From assembly GCA_030167865.1 (NCBI GenBank), contig JALAGF010000577.1, positions 1 through 64,000 of the forward strand: a DNA stretch of 64,000 nt. The letters are read 5' to 3'. This DNA is from Craspedostauros australis. Lineage: Eukaryota. Shown here piece by piece: positions 9,187-20,455 of this stretch; the first letter of the stretch is position 1, and the number at the start of each line of letters is the position of its first letter. Under the pieces are notes generated by a model that ran no database searches, was not told where the DNA came from, and worked only from the letters and a program-made list of their open reading frames with translations. The position numbers and the translations under genes were made by a program.

Positions 9187-12100
9187 CTATGGATCTGGCG
9201 GATTCTTGGATCGACTCTTCGCCTTGGACGACGACGATGATGAGCTCGCGCCCATCATCAATGGATTTCCCCAGTTGCCGCCAACATCATAGTTCTTGCG
9301 TTGAGCTTGTTCCGTGGGCTTGGTGCCTCCTGTGCTACGCCGGGTGTTGTGCGCAGACTTCAAGTCCTTGGAACGCATGACGGGCGTCGAAAGGCTCTTG
9401 CTTGGTTCCGTCTCGGACTGTTTGGCACCGGTATGTGGTGTCCTAACTGGGGAACTGGGAGGCTCGGGCTTCTTTGGCGCGATCTTGGACCAGTCGGAGC
9501 TCTTTCGTACGGGTGGTGCCTGTCCTTCATCAGAACGCAGCACCTTCACCTTGATCTTGCCGGTCTTGCCATCCTTCTTTTTGAACAAGTCCGCTGCCAC
9601 CGGCATGACAGACGTCAGGTCTGATGCCGATGAATCCAGCGTGTCTGCATCGGCACTCGAGGTTGTTGTGACCGACGCTCTCCTGCGGATCTTTTGACGT
9701 GCCAGGTTTCCTGGGCTCGTGTTCGACGCCTGCGGCAGGGAGTCTGCAGCGGCCGACGATTTTGCCCTCTTCGTCTCGTGGCCCGATGATTTCTTCATCT
9801 TTTCCTTCGCCTTCCCGGAGATAGCGCTAGTTGCCGGGACCGACTTGTGTCGGATCTTTTGCCGCGCCAGACTCCCCGATGCATTGCCAGTGGGACGCTG
9901 TCGTGTGGACTTGGGGCTCATGCCAGGCTTGTTGATGAACTGTGTCTTGATCTCTGGTGGATCAGGTCGGGAATTCGTACTCGGTGGTTCGGATGCGGTC
10001 TTGTTTGTTGGCAGCTTCGATTCCGGCTCGGGCTCTTCTTGAATTGTTTCCGGTGGTTTTGCTTTCACCAGCGATTCTTCTGCTTCTGCTTTTGCTTCTT
10101 CTGCGTCCGCGGTTTCAGTCGTCGTCAGTGCCGCATCTTCAGCATCCGTGGTATCATGGTTGGGTGGATCGGCCGGGACAGTCTGCTTGACTTTGTCTTC
10201 GTTGCCATCATCGTTGCCATCAACGCTGCCTTCGCTTTCTCCTTCCTCTTCGATGGCATCGGTGGTGACATTGCCTCCCGAAATCTCATCTCCATTGAGA
10301 TGACCTCGGTCGGCATCATCATGCTTGTCGGAATTCTGTGTTGCATCAGCATCCTGTTTTTCCATCGTGGGAGCCTCCTTCGCTTCTTTCTTGGTGCTCG
10401 CATCTTCTTTCTCCTTCGCAGGGGTCCCTTTCGATTCCTTCTTCGTCCTCGAACTGGTGCTAGCCTTTGATTTGCCCTTGTCAGGCGTCTTGCTCCTTTG
10501 CTTTGGTTTGTCCTTGCTGCTGGATCTGCTGCTGCTGGACTTGCTAGTCGATTTTGACGAACTCGAGGACTTCTTGGTCTTCTTCTTCGATCGCGACCGA
10601 GGAGTCAGCATGGGCGACCTTGCGTGGTCACCGTTGGCAGGAGGCTTTGGTGGGGCCGTGGTGTCGGTCCCATCAGCTGGAGCTTTCTTGGGACTGCTGG
10701 ATGTTTTCGTCTTCGTCTTTGATGCTGTCGCCGTCGTCGTCTTCGCTTTCGGATCTGAATCTGTGCTCTTCTTTGCATTCTTTGTGATGCTCGCATCTCC
10801 AGTCCCCTTATCTCCGTGGCTTGAGTCGTTCTTATCTTTTTGCTTTGACTTCTTCGTGGAAGTGATCTTGGGTGACTTCTTCGGTTCCTGCCGGGTCTTG
10901 TCGCCACTGCCACTACTTTTGCCGCGGCTGATAGGGATGCTCTCCTTGTCACCATCATCACTGTCGTCGTCGTCTTCATCACTCCAATCGACGTCAGCGG
11001 GGTTGTCCTTCGAAGACCGCTCCGGCTTTGGAGAAGCATCTTTCAGCTTGTTCTTTGCAATAGCCTCCTTTTGTTTCCGCGCTTGCTGCAAACGCTCCTT
11101 CTCTCCTGTGCCACCATCTCCTCCGTCATCGTCGGTGTCGGTGTCATCATCATCAGTGTCACTGTCTGAATCCTCATCACCGCTACTCCAAGCACTGTAG
11201 TCTTTCTCTGGCTGCTTCTGGGTGTTGTCGGCAACGCTCGTAGTGCTCTTGGAGTCGTCTGGAGTGACGTTGTCCTTGGAGTGGTCGCGAGTCTTTGCGG
11301 TAGTGACAGCGTCTGCAACGTCTTTCGAGATATTGTTCACGACGATTTTGTCCTCAACATCATCCGTCTGATTTGATGATTTGCTGGCAATCTCTTTGCC
11401 ATCTTCGGGACTCTCCGTGTCGCTCTTGCTGGTCTCGCTCTCGCCATCACTGTCACTGTCGCTGCTATCATCGCTGCTGCTGCTTGAGTCATCATTCTCT
11501 GTGATCACCCGCTTTTGCTTGCTGGTAACAGTTGGTGATGCTGATGGCACGGACTTTTCGGTCGCCTTGTTGGATTTGCTGGAAATGCTTGTTTTGGTAT
11601 TTTCCTTCGCTTCCTTCTTCGTTGCTTTGGCAGTTGTTTTGCTGGAATGAGTTGAGACAGACCCAGCTCGCTTGTGATTGGAGGCTGGCGAAGGCTTCGA
11701 TTTGCTAGTCTTGTCCAGCTTTGGCGAAGCGGAAGGCGCAGGTGCTGCGATCGTCTTCTCTGTCTTCTCGGCCTTCTCTGACTCGCTATCGTTGCTGTCA
11801 TCACTGCCGCTGCTACTACTGCTGCTGTCACTTTTGTTTGAAGTGTCCGAATGTACTGAGAGATCGTCATCGGATGCAACGTACTTCTTTGCGAATTGAT
11901 GTTGCAGCTGCGTTCGACTGATGTTCTTGGTGGCGGCCGTCAGCCTGCTGGTCGGTTTGGATTGGAAGGGCCTCTTGTGTTTCTTCTTTTTCTTTCTGTT
12001 TTTGCTGGAGGAAGGCGGCACCGACGCCAGGTCGTCGTCGACGGTCGATATCAACGACTCATCCAGGTCATCAGCTTCGTCACTACTGCTGCTGCTGTCA

Positions 12101-12924
12101 TCGTCGTCGTCACTATCATCACTGCTGTCCGTGTCATCGCTACTGCTGCTGCTGCTATCGTCACTATCATCGCTGTCATCTTTGCTGTTTTTCTTGCTCT
12201 GACCGGACTTGACATCCTTTTTCTTTGATGCTGCCGTTGCCGTTGTGGCCGATGTCGCCGTTGGTGTTGGGGTCTTTCTCGTTGTAGCTGGTGACGTTGT
12301 CGGTGTGGCGGTCGCCGGTCGATTGGTCCGTGTGTCAATGTCCTTCTTCCACTGTCGCATCCGCAGCTCGAATTCATCGACGACTTCAGGCTCCTTGACG
12401 ACCGCAGGCTGTGCTGCCGGTTGCTTCGCGGGCGTGGTGCTGGGTGTCGCGGATTTCTTGCTGGTGGTGGTGGCATTGAAATCAGTGTCATCATTGATGT
12501 CGTCATCGAGATCACTGTCGCTGTCATCCGGCACGACGAGCCTGGCTTGCAAGATGGGCGTCTGCGTGGGATTCAATGCCTCTTCTCTGGTGAGCTGCTC
12601 GAGCACCACCATGATGCCCTGCGGTGTTTTTGGAATCATGGCATCGAGCTCGGCCTCCGTGGCACCGCGTGCTCTTGCAGCCTCGAGCTTTGGCTTCATG
12701 CGCTCCTGCACCATGGCCTGGATCTGCTTCATCATCTTCTTCTCGTACCGTTGCGATTCCTCCTTCTGGAACACCGCAAAATCAGCCTTCTTGTAGAAGT
12801 AGAGCTCCTTGTCCCACGGGTTTATTCTCGGGATCTCCATGACCTTGGTGGTTGGCGAGGACGGGAAGGAGACCGACTTGGGCGGTCCCCGCTGTTCCTT
12901 CGGTACCTTGCCAGACAGCAACAT
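9187..12924 (-). CDS. ~1245-aa low-complexity K/S/D/T-rich protein with an N-terminal KSVSF (RVxF) module
   Basis: Uninterrupted 3.7-kb ORF. Probable start MLLSGK at 12924. N-terminus KSVSFPSSPTTKVMEIPRINPWDKELYFY..ADF..F is followed by alternating acidic poly-S/D and basic K-rich blocks. Confidence 0.8.
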   Translation of the reverse strand: MLLSGKVPKEQRGPPKSVSFPSSPTTKVMEIPRINPWDKELYFYKKADFAVFQKEESQRYEKKMMKQIQAMVQERMKPKLEAARARGATEAELDAMIPKTPQGIMVVLEQLTREEALNPTQTPILQARLVVPDDSDSDLDDDINDDTDFNATTTSKKSATPSTTPAKQPAAQPAVVKEPEVVDEFELRMRQWKKDIDTRTNRPATATPTTSPATTRKTPTPTATSATTATAASKKKDVKSGQSKKNSKDDSDDSDDSSSSSSDDTDSSDDSDDDDDSSSSSDEADDLDESLISTVDDDLASVPPSSSKNRKKKKKHKRPFQSKPTSRLTAATKNISRTQLQHQFAKKYVASDDDLSVHSDTSNKSDSSSSSSGSDDSNDSESEKAEKTEKTIAAPAPSASPKLDKTSKSKPSPASNHKRAGSVSTHSSKTTAKATKKEAKENTKTSISSKSNKATEKSVPSASPTVTSKQKRVITENDDSSSSSDDSSDSDSDGESETSKSDTESPEDGKEIASKSSNQTDDVEDKIVVNNISKDVADAVTTAKTRDHSKDNVTPDDSKSTTSVADNTQKQPEKDYSAWSSGDEDSDSDTDDDDTDTDDDGGDGGTGEKERLQQARKQKEAIAKNKLKDASPKPERSSKDNPADVDWSDEDDDDSDDGDKESIPISRGKSSGSGDKTRQEPKKSPKITSTKKSKQKDKNDSSHGDKGTGDASITKNAKKSTDSDPKAKTTTATASKTKTKTSSSPKKAPADGTDTTAPPKPPANGDHARSPMLTPRSRSKKKTKKSSSSSKSTSKSSSSRSSSKDKPKQRSKTPDKGKSKASTSSRTKKESKGTPAKEKEDASTKKEAKEAPTMEKQDADATQNSDKHDDADRGHLNGDEISGGNVTTDAIEEEGESEGSVDGNDDGNEDKVKQTVPADPPNHDTTDAEDAALTTTETADAEEAKAEAEESLVKAKPPETIQEEPEPESKLPTNKTASEPPSTNSRPDPPEIKTQFINKPGMSPKSTRQRPTGNASGSLARQKIRHKSVPATSAISGKAKEKMKKSSGHETKRAKSSAAADSLPQASNTSPGNLARQKIRRRASVTTTSSADADTLDSSASDLTSVMPVAADLFKKKDGKTGKIKVKVLRSDEGQAPPVRKSSDWSKIAPKKPEPPSSPVRTPHTGAKQSETEPSKSLSTPVMRSKDLKSAHNTRRSTGGTKPTEQAQRKNYDVGGNWGNPLMMGASSSSSSSKAKSRSKNPPDP

Positions 12925-14158
12925 TCTTGCGAGGTATTGTGGAGTTAGGAGTGTGGGATCTGATGCGAGCGTAGTGGTGTGCACTCTGCACCTCGACTCT
13001 CTCCTTGAATTGTGACCCAGCCACAATGATTGCCGCTGATGCTCGTCACTGCCGGCGAGTGCGGTAGAGCGGACTCTTCCAACTACTCTCTATGCGTATC
13101 GGAAGGTGCGAATGGAGAGGAGAAGTGTGCCCGCCTGCCTTCACAAGAGGTGTTGAACGTCGGAGAGTCGGGGTGACTGTACGACTACGTATCGTTGCCA
13201 AGCAACCGCAAGATCGAAGGGAAGAATGTATGGCTTGCTTGGATACTCGCGTCGCGCGTGAACTATCGGGACGTCGCAGTATGTAATTGGCAGTGCGTAA
13301 TTGGCAAGAACAAACAGATATCACGAGGTTGCGCACTTTCAACACCAACGGAGAGCGAGTGATGGGTGGATGAGCCCCAGCGCAGAGGGTGCGCTTGTGC
13401 TTATGCTTGTGCTAGTCGGCAGAGTGGGATATCACTCTACTATATTTCACAGATCTACGAGCTACGACTACCAGCGTCCACCGCAGAGCACCCATGCACT
13501 GTGCCTCTGTGCGTTGCCTGGTCGAAGCTGCGACGAGGATGTGTCCAACGCCCCTCTCTTCCTTGTCTCTCATGCCTCCCTGGCCACGGAGGTGATGTCC
13601 TTTCCACTTCACTCTCGCCGCCAGAGATGTTTTCTTCTTCATGGTCTTCTCCGACGCCTGTCGTCCAGATCCGCCAACAAAAACCGAGGAAAAGACCGCT
13701 TGGGGCGGTCATCCCGTTGTGCGTATGCACGACTCAGAGGATACTGGAAGGATTTAACCCCCTTCTACGATTGGAGCCGTTGGATCGAGTCACGATTTCC
13801 ATCGAATGGTTCGAGTTGGTCGGGTGCCTTCGGATGGAAATCGAGGAGCAAAAAATGGGAGCCGCACACCCGTGCCCAAACACACTGCGACGCAACGCTC
13901 AGGAGAGGCCTTTGGCCTCTTCTTGGTTGTTGCAATTGCCACAAATCGCATGCAGACACGAGCCACTCCACCTACAGAGGAGCCTGCAGACACAAGACAG
14001 AAGGTTGCAGCAGAGGAGCATCTCTTGTCATTACTGAAGAGCAGCATCATCATTGCCAATATTTCCATCATTGTCATTATTGCCATCGTCGTCAAGTAGA
14101 GTCGCAAGCACCATCTTCACAAGGCGACAAAAGCGAAAGGAACAACAAAAGCAACAGG

Positions 14159-16612
14159 ATGGATTTCTCAACGCCCAAGAGGGCTCTCATTTCATTGACG
14201 CGCCGTCGTCCTGCGTTGGATGATGAGATCGTGGCCACGGCCAAGACGTTGCTGGAGGCCGTCGTCACCAACCGGCAGTACCTGGAAGGTGTCGAGACGC
14301 TGCTGAAGTCCAACGAGGCCGCCGACAGCCGGTGGGAAGGCCTGGCCGTCGGGATCCTGCTGGCCACGAACGCGCTCACCACGAGCGGGGACTCCACGGA
14401 GGAGAAGGTCTACATCGACGGTCCCCGCGTCCCAACGACGGAGCAGAGCGACGGTTCGGCCGAGGTCGGAGTCAACGCGGACGTCAAGCTCACATCGGAC
14501 GAGGTGGCGCAGATCGCCAACTTGCTCTACGGCGTCTGCCAGACCAACCTGGAGCACAACGAGCCGCGCGTGAGGACCTTCGTCGCCAAGGCCGTGGGGG
14601 CGTACGTCACGTGGAGCTTCAGTGCTGGATGCACGGACGCGTCCGCCGCGGACACCAGGAAGGTCATGTTCGATCGCCTGGTCAAGTCCATCGAGGATCA
14701 CATCGAAGGCGGCCGTGACGAGTCGAAGGCCGAGTACTCGAAGTCCAGCGCGGGCGCATTGGATGACACCACCGGGTGGAGGGCGTTGGAGACCAACTGG
14801 CAGTGCCTGGCATGCTGGTTGTCTGCCATGGGAGGCCACTTCTTCGAGGATGACATGGCCTCCACCCAGACCTACGCGACGCTGCTCAAGAACTGCGAGT
14901 TCTCCGCCATCGTCCACTTGAACCGCCACGTGCGTGCTGCCGGGATCGCCGTCCTGGAGCAGATGGTCCGCAGCGCCAGCTCCAGCCCGGATTACCACCA
15001 GCAGCTCGTGGATCCCACATCTGCGCTCAGGAAGACCCTCGTCACCGTCCTCAAGACGGGACTGGCCGATAACTGGTCTCAGGTGCGCATGGCCGCCAGC
15101 GTGCTCAACCGCGTCTTCTTCACCACGCTGGTCCAGACCATCAACGTGCCGAAGGAGAACCTGCAGATGCTCTTCACCATCCTCCTGCCTCGCATGTGCC
15201 TCAACCGCTTCTACCTCGCCCAGGGCGTCAAGCTCTACAGCCACGAGACCTGGCGTCTCATCTTCCCCGAGTCCGGTCTCCAGGCCGTGGCTGACACCAT
15301 CGCGCCCATCTGCCGCTACTACGTCAAGATGTGCGATGCCGACAACCACGTCGTCCGCGAAGCTGCCTGCCAGGCCGTGGCAGAACTGGCCGCCAAGCTC
15401 GGCATGGATCCAGAGCTCAGGACTGCGCTCGAGCCGCACGTCCCCGTCCTCCTGCAGGCCCTCATCATGTGCTTTCACGATGAGTCCTGGCCGGTCCGTG
15501 ACGAAGCCTGCGTTGCATGCGGCACATTCTGCCGCGCCTACCCTGACGCCTGCCGCAAGGATCTCGACACGCTGTGGACGAGATGGACGGAGCAGCTAAC
15601 CGACCAGATCTGGAGCGTCCGTGCCGATGCTGGCGTGGCGTTAGCGGATGCCTACCGCGCCTACGCCAAGGAGGGCATGCTGGAGAAGATCCTCGCCCTC
15701 ATCGAGGAGCTCCTTCCGGCGGCAAAGATCCAGCCGGGCATGACGAAGGAAGAATACAAAGCCCTGCAGAACAACCTCGACGCGCACACCGATTCGCAGC
15801 TGTACTCGTGCGGATCGCTGGCACCCAAGCTCCGCAAGAAGGCGGGTGCGGGTCGCATCGGCTGTTCCTCATGCGATGTCACGCGACCGAAGCAACCCTG
15901 GGAGTCGACAGATGGATGTCTGTACCTCATCCGCGAGCTCGTTTGCCTCACCGCGGAGGATACCTGGACACCGGAGGACATTGGTCTGTCGCACAGAGAC
16001 GATCTGTGGATGAAGATCCTTGCCCAGGTCGCGGACGTGTGCCGTGTCGCGCACTTCCCGCAGAGCGACGATCTCAGAGCCACCCTGTGGCGTCAGCTGC
16101 CATCCATCTTCCGCGCATTGGGCAAGCAGAAGACGAAGCAGATATACCTCGAGATGTTCCTCGATCTCTTGATGCGCAACCTGGAGAGCCGCACCGCCTC
16201 CGCCATCTCCAAGCACGCCGCCGGCCTTTGCGCCTACGAGATTGCGCAGCTCGTTGGCCCATCCATCCTGCGCGGTCGCGTCATGGATGACTTCCAACGC
16301 GAGGAGCTCGACAGGGTGCTGCGGGAGAAGGAGATGGACGTCAAGCACGCCAAGATGCAGCAGCAGCCAGGACAGAAGCAGTTCTCCCCCTTCGAGCCAC
16401 CGGGTCTGCTCGACAACATCGGCAAGTCGCCATTGCACCCGGGCATGGGCATGATGATGATCGGAGGAGGGGCGGATGCGGCATTCCAATCCAACGTGCA
16501 GCCATCGGGCATTCCCACACAGGAGTACCCAGGTGCCAGACCAGCGGCGCCCAATGGAGGCGGTGCAACCCAGGGACTGCATCCTGGCGTCGGGGATTCC
16601 TTCAGCCTGTGA
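14159..16612 (+). CDS. HEAT/ARM-repeat protein of unknown function (817 aa)
   Basis: HEAT signatures: LEHNEPRVR, HLNRHVRAA, LADNWSQVRMAAS, DADNHVVREAAC, FHDESWPVRDEAC, LTDQIWSVRADA. Strong C/G third-position codon bias begins near ATG 14159. Confidence 0.88.
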   Translation: MDFSTPKRALISLTRRRPALDDEIVATAKTLLEAVVTNRQYLEGVETLLKSNEAADSRWEGLAVGILLATNALTTSGDSTEEKVYIDGPRVPTTEQSDGSAEVGVNADVKLTSDEVAQIANLLYGVCQTNLEHNEPRVRTFVAKAVGAYVTWSFSAGCTDASAADTRKVMFDRLVKSIEDHIEGGRDESKAEYSKSSAGALDDTTGWRALETNWQCLACWLSAMGGHFFEDDMASTQTYATLLKNCEFSAIVHLNRHVRAAGIAVLEQMVRSASSSPDYHQQLVDPTSALRKTLVTVLKTGLADNWSQVRMAASVLNRVFFTTLVQTINVPKENLQMLFTILLPRMCLNRFYLAQGVKLYSHETWRLIFPESGLQAVADTIAPICRYYVKMCDADNHVVREAACQAVAELAAKLGMDPELRTALEPHVPVLLQALIMCFHDESWPVRDEACVACGTFCRAYPDACRKDLDTLWTRWTEQLTDQIWSVRADAGVALADAYRAYAKEGMLEKILALIEELLPAAKIQPGMTKEEYKALQNNLDAHTDSQLYSCGSLAPKLRKKAGAGRIGCSSCDVTRPKQPWESTDGCLYLIRELVCLTAEDTWTPEDIGLSHRDDLWMKILAQVADVCRVAHFPQSDDLRATLWRQLPSIFRALGKQKTKQIYLEMFLDLLMRNLESRTASAISKHAAGLCAYEIAQLVGPSILRGRVMDDFQREELDRVLREKEMDVKHAKMQQQPGQKQFSPFEPPGLLDNIGKSPLHPGMGMMMIGGGADAAFQSNVQPSGIPTQEYPGARPAAPNGGGATQGLHPGVGDSFSL

Positions 16613-17804
16613 TCATGCTGGCAGCATTGATGCGATGTGCGTGATGGAGGTATCATGAGAGCACCACACTCTACTCTGGAGTACTATTATACATCAGCAT
16701 CTGCATGGAGCACCGTGATGAATTCAGACGCGCACAGAAACACACATGGGCATGGTAAAGTAGAAATGGTCCATCGATCTTGCGTCACGATGATGGACTT
16801 GATATTCAGCAGCATACCCTATCTAGCATGGCATGTTGAGAATTTGATACTTGAGTAGAGCAGAGCGCGACACGAATGAGCAACGAGTCGCAGAATGAGG
16901 CAGGGTCGAGTACTCCACGGCACGAGTAATTACGAGATTAGCCACGATTTATTCAATCATGTCATTGTCAATGGCGTGAACTGCCGACTTCCCCACGAAC
17001 AAGTGTACATGCAGAATCCTTTCGTGCCATTGGCAATCCGTTCGTATCTGCCTGCCTGCCTGCTTCCGGTGTGCGCCCCACACCACGGCGCACCGATCCA
17101 GGGTCGACGAGTGCCTCGCAAAGTCCACCCTCTCTACCATCACGAAAGTCGTTCCGTATCCAGACCTTCCTGTGTGGCTTCTTTGATCCTTTCTCACTTG
17201 TTTTTTGTGCGGGTTGTGTTGCCTTTTTTCTCCAACCTGGCGACGATTTCTGTGAGTGTTTGCGTTGTCGAATCCCAGATAAATTCCGTGACTGGAAGTG
17301 TCCGTTGGGTCATCAAACCTCACGATTGGCGCCCAAGACCACACGAATGTCGTAACGACGTCAAGTATCCGATGACAAATGTCACGCACGACACACAGTT
17401 GTCCTTAACGGGACCCTTCGCATAAAGTGGGTCTTGCGGAACCCCCAAAAAACTTGGGAAAATTGTTGTCCACAGTTTGAAACAGCCACAATTCTCCGCC
17501 AGTGCCAAAAACCCCGAAGACGCAAAAACAAGCACGCAAGCCAAACAAACTCAAGCCACCGAACTCAAAAGGCTGCCAACAACCAAAACGGAGCATTTCA
17601 AAAGACAAACAGAGCATCACGGAGAACGCAGGCGCCGACGATCTCCTCTTTTGTATTGCGGCAACTCGTCAACCCCATCGCACAGACATCTTACCCTGCA
17701 AAGTGAGCAAACCACAATCAACACAGAGCTTGCATCACCAACAAAGCCACAAAACGCAGAAACCTGACAACAGCAACAATACCGTCCAGTACACTCAAAG
17801 CAAC

Positions 17805-18407
17805 ATGCCACCACTCTCGCACCAGTACGATGAATGCATCGAGCTCACCCTGTCACCGACCGCGGGCTCCAAGATCTACGATGGCATCGTGGCGGAGCAC
17901 TACATGCGGCTCCATCGCAGCGATTCCACCGAAGAACAGCAGCACCTCCAAAAGGATGTGAAGTTCCCGCGACGCAGCAGAAAGACAGTGCGATGGAGCG
18001 ATGCTCCGGCCGCAGTCGCAGTCATACCGCACAGAGGCGACTACACCTTCGAGCAACGGCAGCAGATATGGAACTCCACACGCGAGCTGCATGCCCTGAG
18101 GCAGGAGCATCTCCAGATCGTCCAGCTCTTGAACGTCTCCACGTTCCTCGTGCCCGCAGGAACCTGCACCAGAGGCCTTGACACGTTGACCCAGAGCGCG
18201 AGAACTCGGCGACGACAGTGCAAGGAGGCGGCTAAAAAGGCAGTGTTTGATGAACAGGAGAGCCAAAAATGCTCTGGGCTCCGAGATGTCCGACGCATCG
18301 CCGAGCTGTACTCTAAGTCAACCAGCAAGTGCTCGCAAACGGCTCTGTTCGTGGCTCTGGCCGATCACAACGAGGCCAGGGCGATCCATGGCCGCAGGCT
18401 CCAATGA
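17805..18407 (+). CDS. 200-aa member of the diatom-expanded RVxF/'CTRGLE' family
   Basis: KTVRWSD..VAVIPHR..Y...IW...E, CTRGLD, AVFDEQESQ, IAELY..S..A.FVALAD.EA. This pattern is typical of the large uncharacterised diatom family. Confidence 0.8.
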   Translation: MPPLSHQYDECIELTLSPTAGSKIYDGIVAEHYMRLHRSDSTEEQQHLQKDVKFPRRSRKTVRWSDAPAAVAVIPHRGDYTFEQRQQIWNSTRELHALRQEHLQIVQLLNVSTFLVPAGTCTRGLDTLTQSARTRRRQCKEAAKKAVFDEQESQKCSGLRDVRRIAELYSKSTSKCSQTALFVALADHNEARAIHGRRLQ

Positions 18408-19186
18408 CGATAGTCAACATCGACATGAACATCATCGTTACCCTTGTCATGCCTACGAGTGTGATACCTATGGTCATCATCATCGCCACCGCTGCCACCC
18501 TCCCCAACCACCTGCTGAACATGTCGCTTGGAGGCAGGGAGCGCAGTCGGCGTCTGGAATATAATAAATCATAGCCTACTCTAATTCTACGCACAGAGAG
18601 TCCCAAAGAATCCGTCGTCGGAACCATCAGATCCATCGCAAAGAAATTTCTTGTCGATTTTGAATGTTTGTTGTTCGCTTCTTCGCCTCTTTGCAACTTT
18701 GCTTGTTGTTGGTTTTCCCGCCGAAACGGTGAATGAAAAACTCAATCATGGCCTAGATTAATGTTGGTAGTCTGCGTTGGTGGCAAAATGGAAGCAAGTA
18801 CTTACAAAACGTTTTGATTTCTTGGAACATTCGTTGACTCGGAGGACTAATCGAGTAAGCGGTGAACGGTAACCACAACACACACCAACAGGCAGCCGAA
18901 ACAACCAATCCACGGCAACAAACAACGAGCAAACTCGCGCCAACCAGCCAACAATCAATCAGACCAACAACAACAGCAACAACAACCGCCCAAGCCAACA
19001 ACTCCTTTGACGACACCTCCACCGACAGCCTCACAAACAGAGCTGTTGCATCAAAAACGAAGCAAGAGCATCCCGCAAGCATCATCCTGTGAACGTTCAA
19101 CCCAAACGAACTTCTCACTTTGCCCTAGGTAAGCATGCAGGTGGCTTCCAAGAGACAGGTGTTCTGTTGATGGGTGTGGGTGCATC

Positions 19187-19234
19187 GAGTTGAGTTGAGT
19201 TGAATTGAGTTGAGTTGAATTGAATTGAATTGAA
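19187..19234. repeat. (GAGTT/GAATT)n pentanucleotide array upstream of RPS20
   Basis: gagttgagttgagttgaattgagttgagttgaattgaattgaattgaa. Confidence 0.9.
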
Positions 19235-19406
19235 ATGTCTGCAGTAAACCGACATGAGAACAACCAATGGACGCACGAAGTCAACCAAGACCAGATCTCT
19301 CACACCACATCACTTGCTGCGCCCAACCTTTCCTTCGCACCACTCCGTCACCTCTACTCGACGAGCAGTCGGAAGATTTTAACACCACAACAACACTCAT
19401 AGCATC

Positions 19407-19775
19407 ATGTCTGCCTACCCACCAAAGAAGGACGCCGCCGGCGCCGCCCCAACCGATGAGGTTGTCCATCGCATCCGCATCACCCTGACGTCCCGCAACG
19501 TCAAGAACGTGGAGAAGGTCTGCGCCGACCTCAAGAAGGCCGCCCTCGACCAGAACCTCCACGTGAGCGGGCCAGTCCGCCTCCCAACCAAGATCCTCCG
19601 CATCACCACCCGTAAGGCACCAAGTGGAGAGGGTACCAACACCTGGGACCGCTTCGAGATGCGCATCCACAAGCGACTCATCGACCTGCACGCACCTTCT
19701 GATGTCGTCAAGCAGATCACATCCATCTCCATCGAGCCAGGTGTCGAGGTCGATGTCACCATCAACGACCGCTAA
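19407..19775 (+). CDS. RPS20: 40S ribosomal protein S20 (uS10)
   Basis: [22 protein letters not shown]...[40 protein letters not shown]...[12 protein letters not shown]; intronless. Confidence 0.98.
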   Translation: MSAYPPKKDAAGAAPTDEVVHRIRITLTSRNVKNVEKVCADLKKAALDQNLHVSGPVRLPTKILRITTRKAPSGEGTNTWDRFEMRIHKRLIDLHAPSDVVKQITSISIEPGVEVDVTINDR

Positions 19776-20455
19776 ACTGGATGTGCGGTACGGTTGGAGG
19801 CAAGCAAACAAGCAAATGTCGCACTCCGTAACAAATCCAATCATAGAGCCAATAGTTGATTGACCACCAAAGTATAATACCTTTCATTGTCCCAAAGAGC
19901 ATGGACTGCTTTGCGTGTACGCGTGTTGCTGGTTGTGCTGGCCGTAACTCAAAGGATGCTCGTTGGATGGAGTTCTCCAGTACCATGGAGCACAGCTTAT
20001 GGCGTGTTACCTGCAGCAAGCACAGGAGACATGAAGCCAACTAGATAATTCTACTCTCCAGCGAGGTCTATTGCAGACTGCCGTTTGCCTTGGATCAAAT
20101 TTGCCTTTATCATCTTTGTTTTGTTTATTCGTTTATTCGTTTGTTTCCACTCATGTGTAACTTTAGCTTCGTCTTCACCTCCATCTCGTCCAAGCGCCTT
20201 ATCGTTGATGTTCGATGCGCTGCTGGTGTCCAAGGATGACCCTGCATTTAGTATGGATCGAATCGGTGCCGCTCTCCTCATCATTGAATGTTCTGCGAGT
20301 CGTCTGCATAAAGCGCGCGTGCAGTATCAACATAAAGACCAGCACCGGCGATCCAGCGCCAAACCGACACCCACGATAACATCATCATCATCATCATCGT
20401 CGTCCTCGTCGTTGTCCATCATCCTTCTCAAACAGAGGTTGCCCTGTGATGACGT

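Noticed and set aside
9187-12924. Silaffin/cingulin-like biosilica protein because of K/S richness
   Set aside because: There is no signal peptide or RXL-type processing pattern, and the N-terminus looks like an intracellular docking module.
13301-14158. 286-aa N-terminal extension of the HEAT ORF (and similar upstream extensions of other ORFs)
   Set aside because: It starts at a non-ATG codon, has promoter/UTR-like composition and lacks the codon bias of the gene body.
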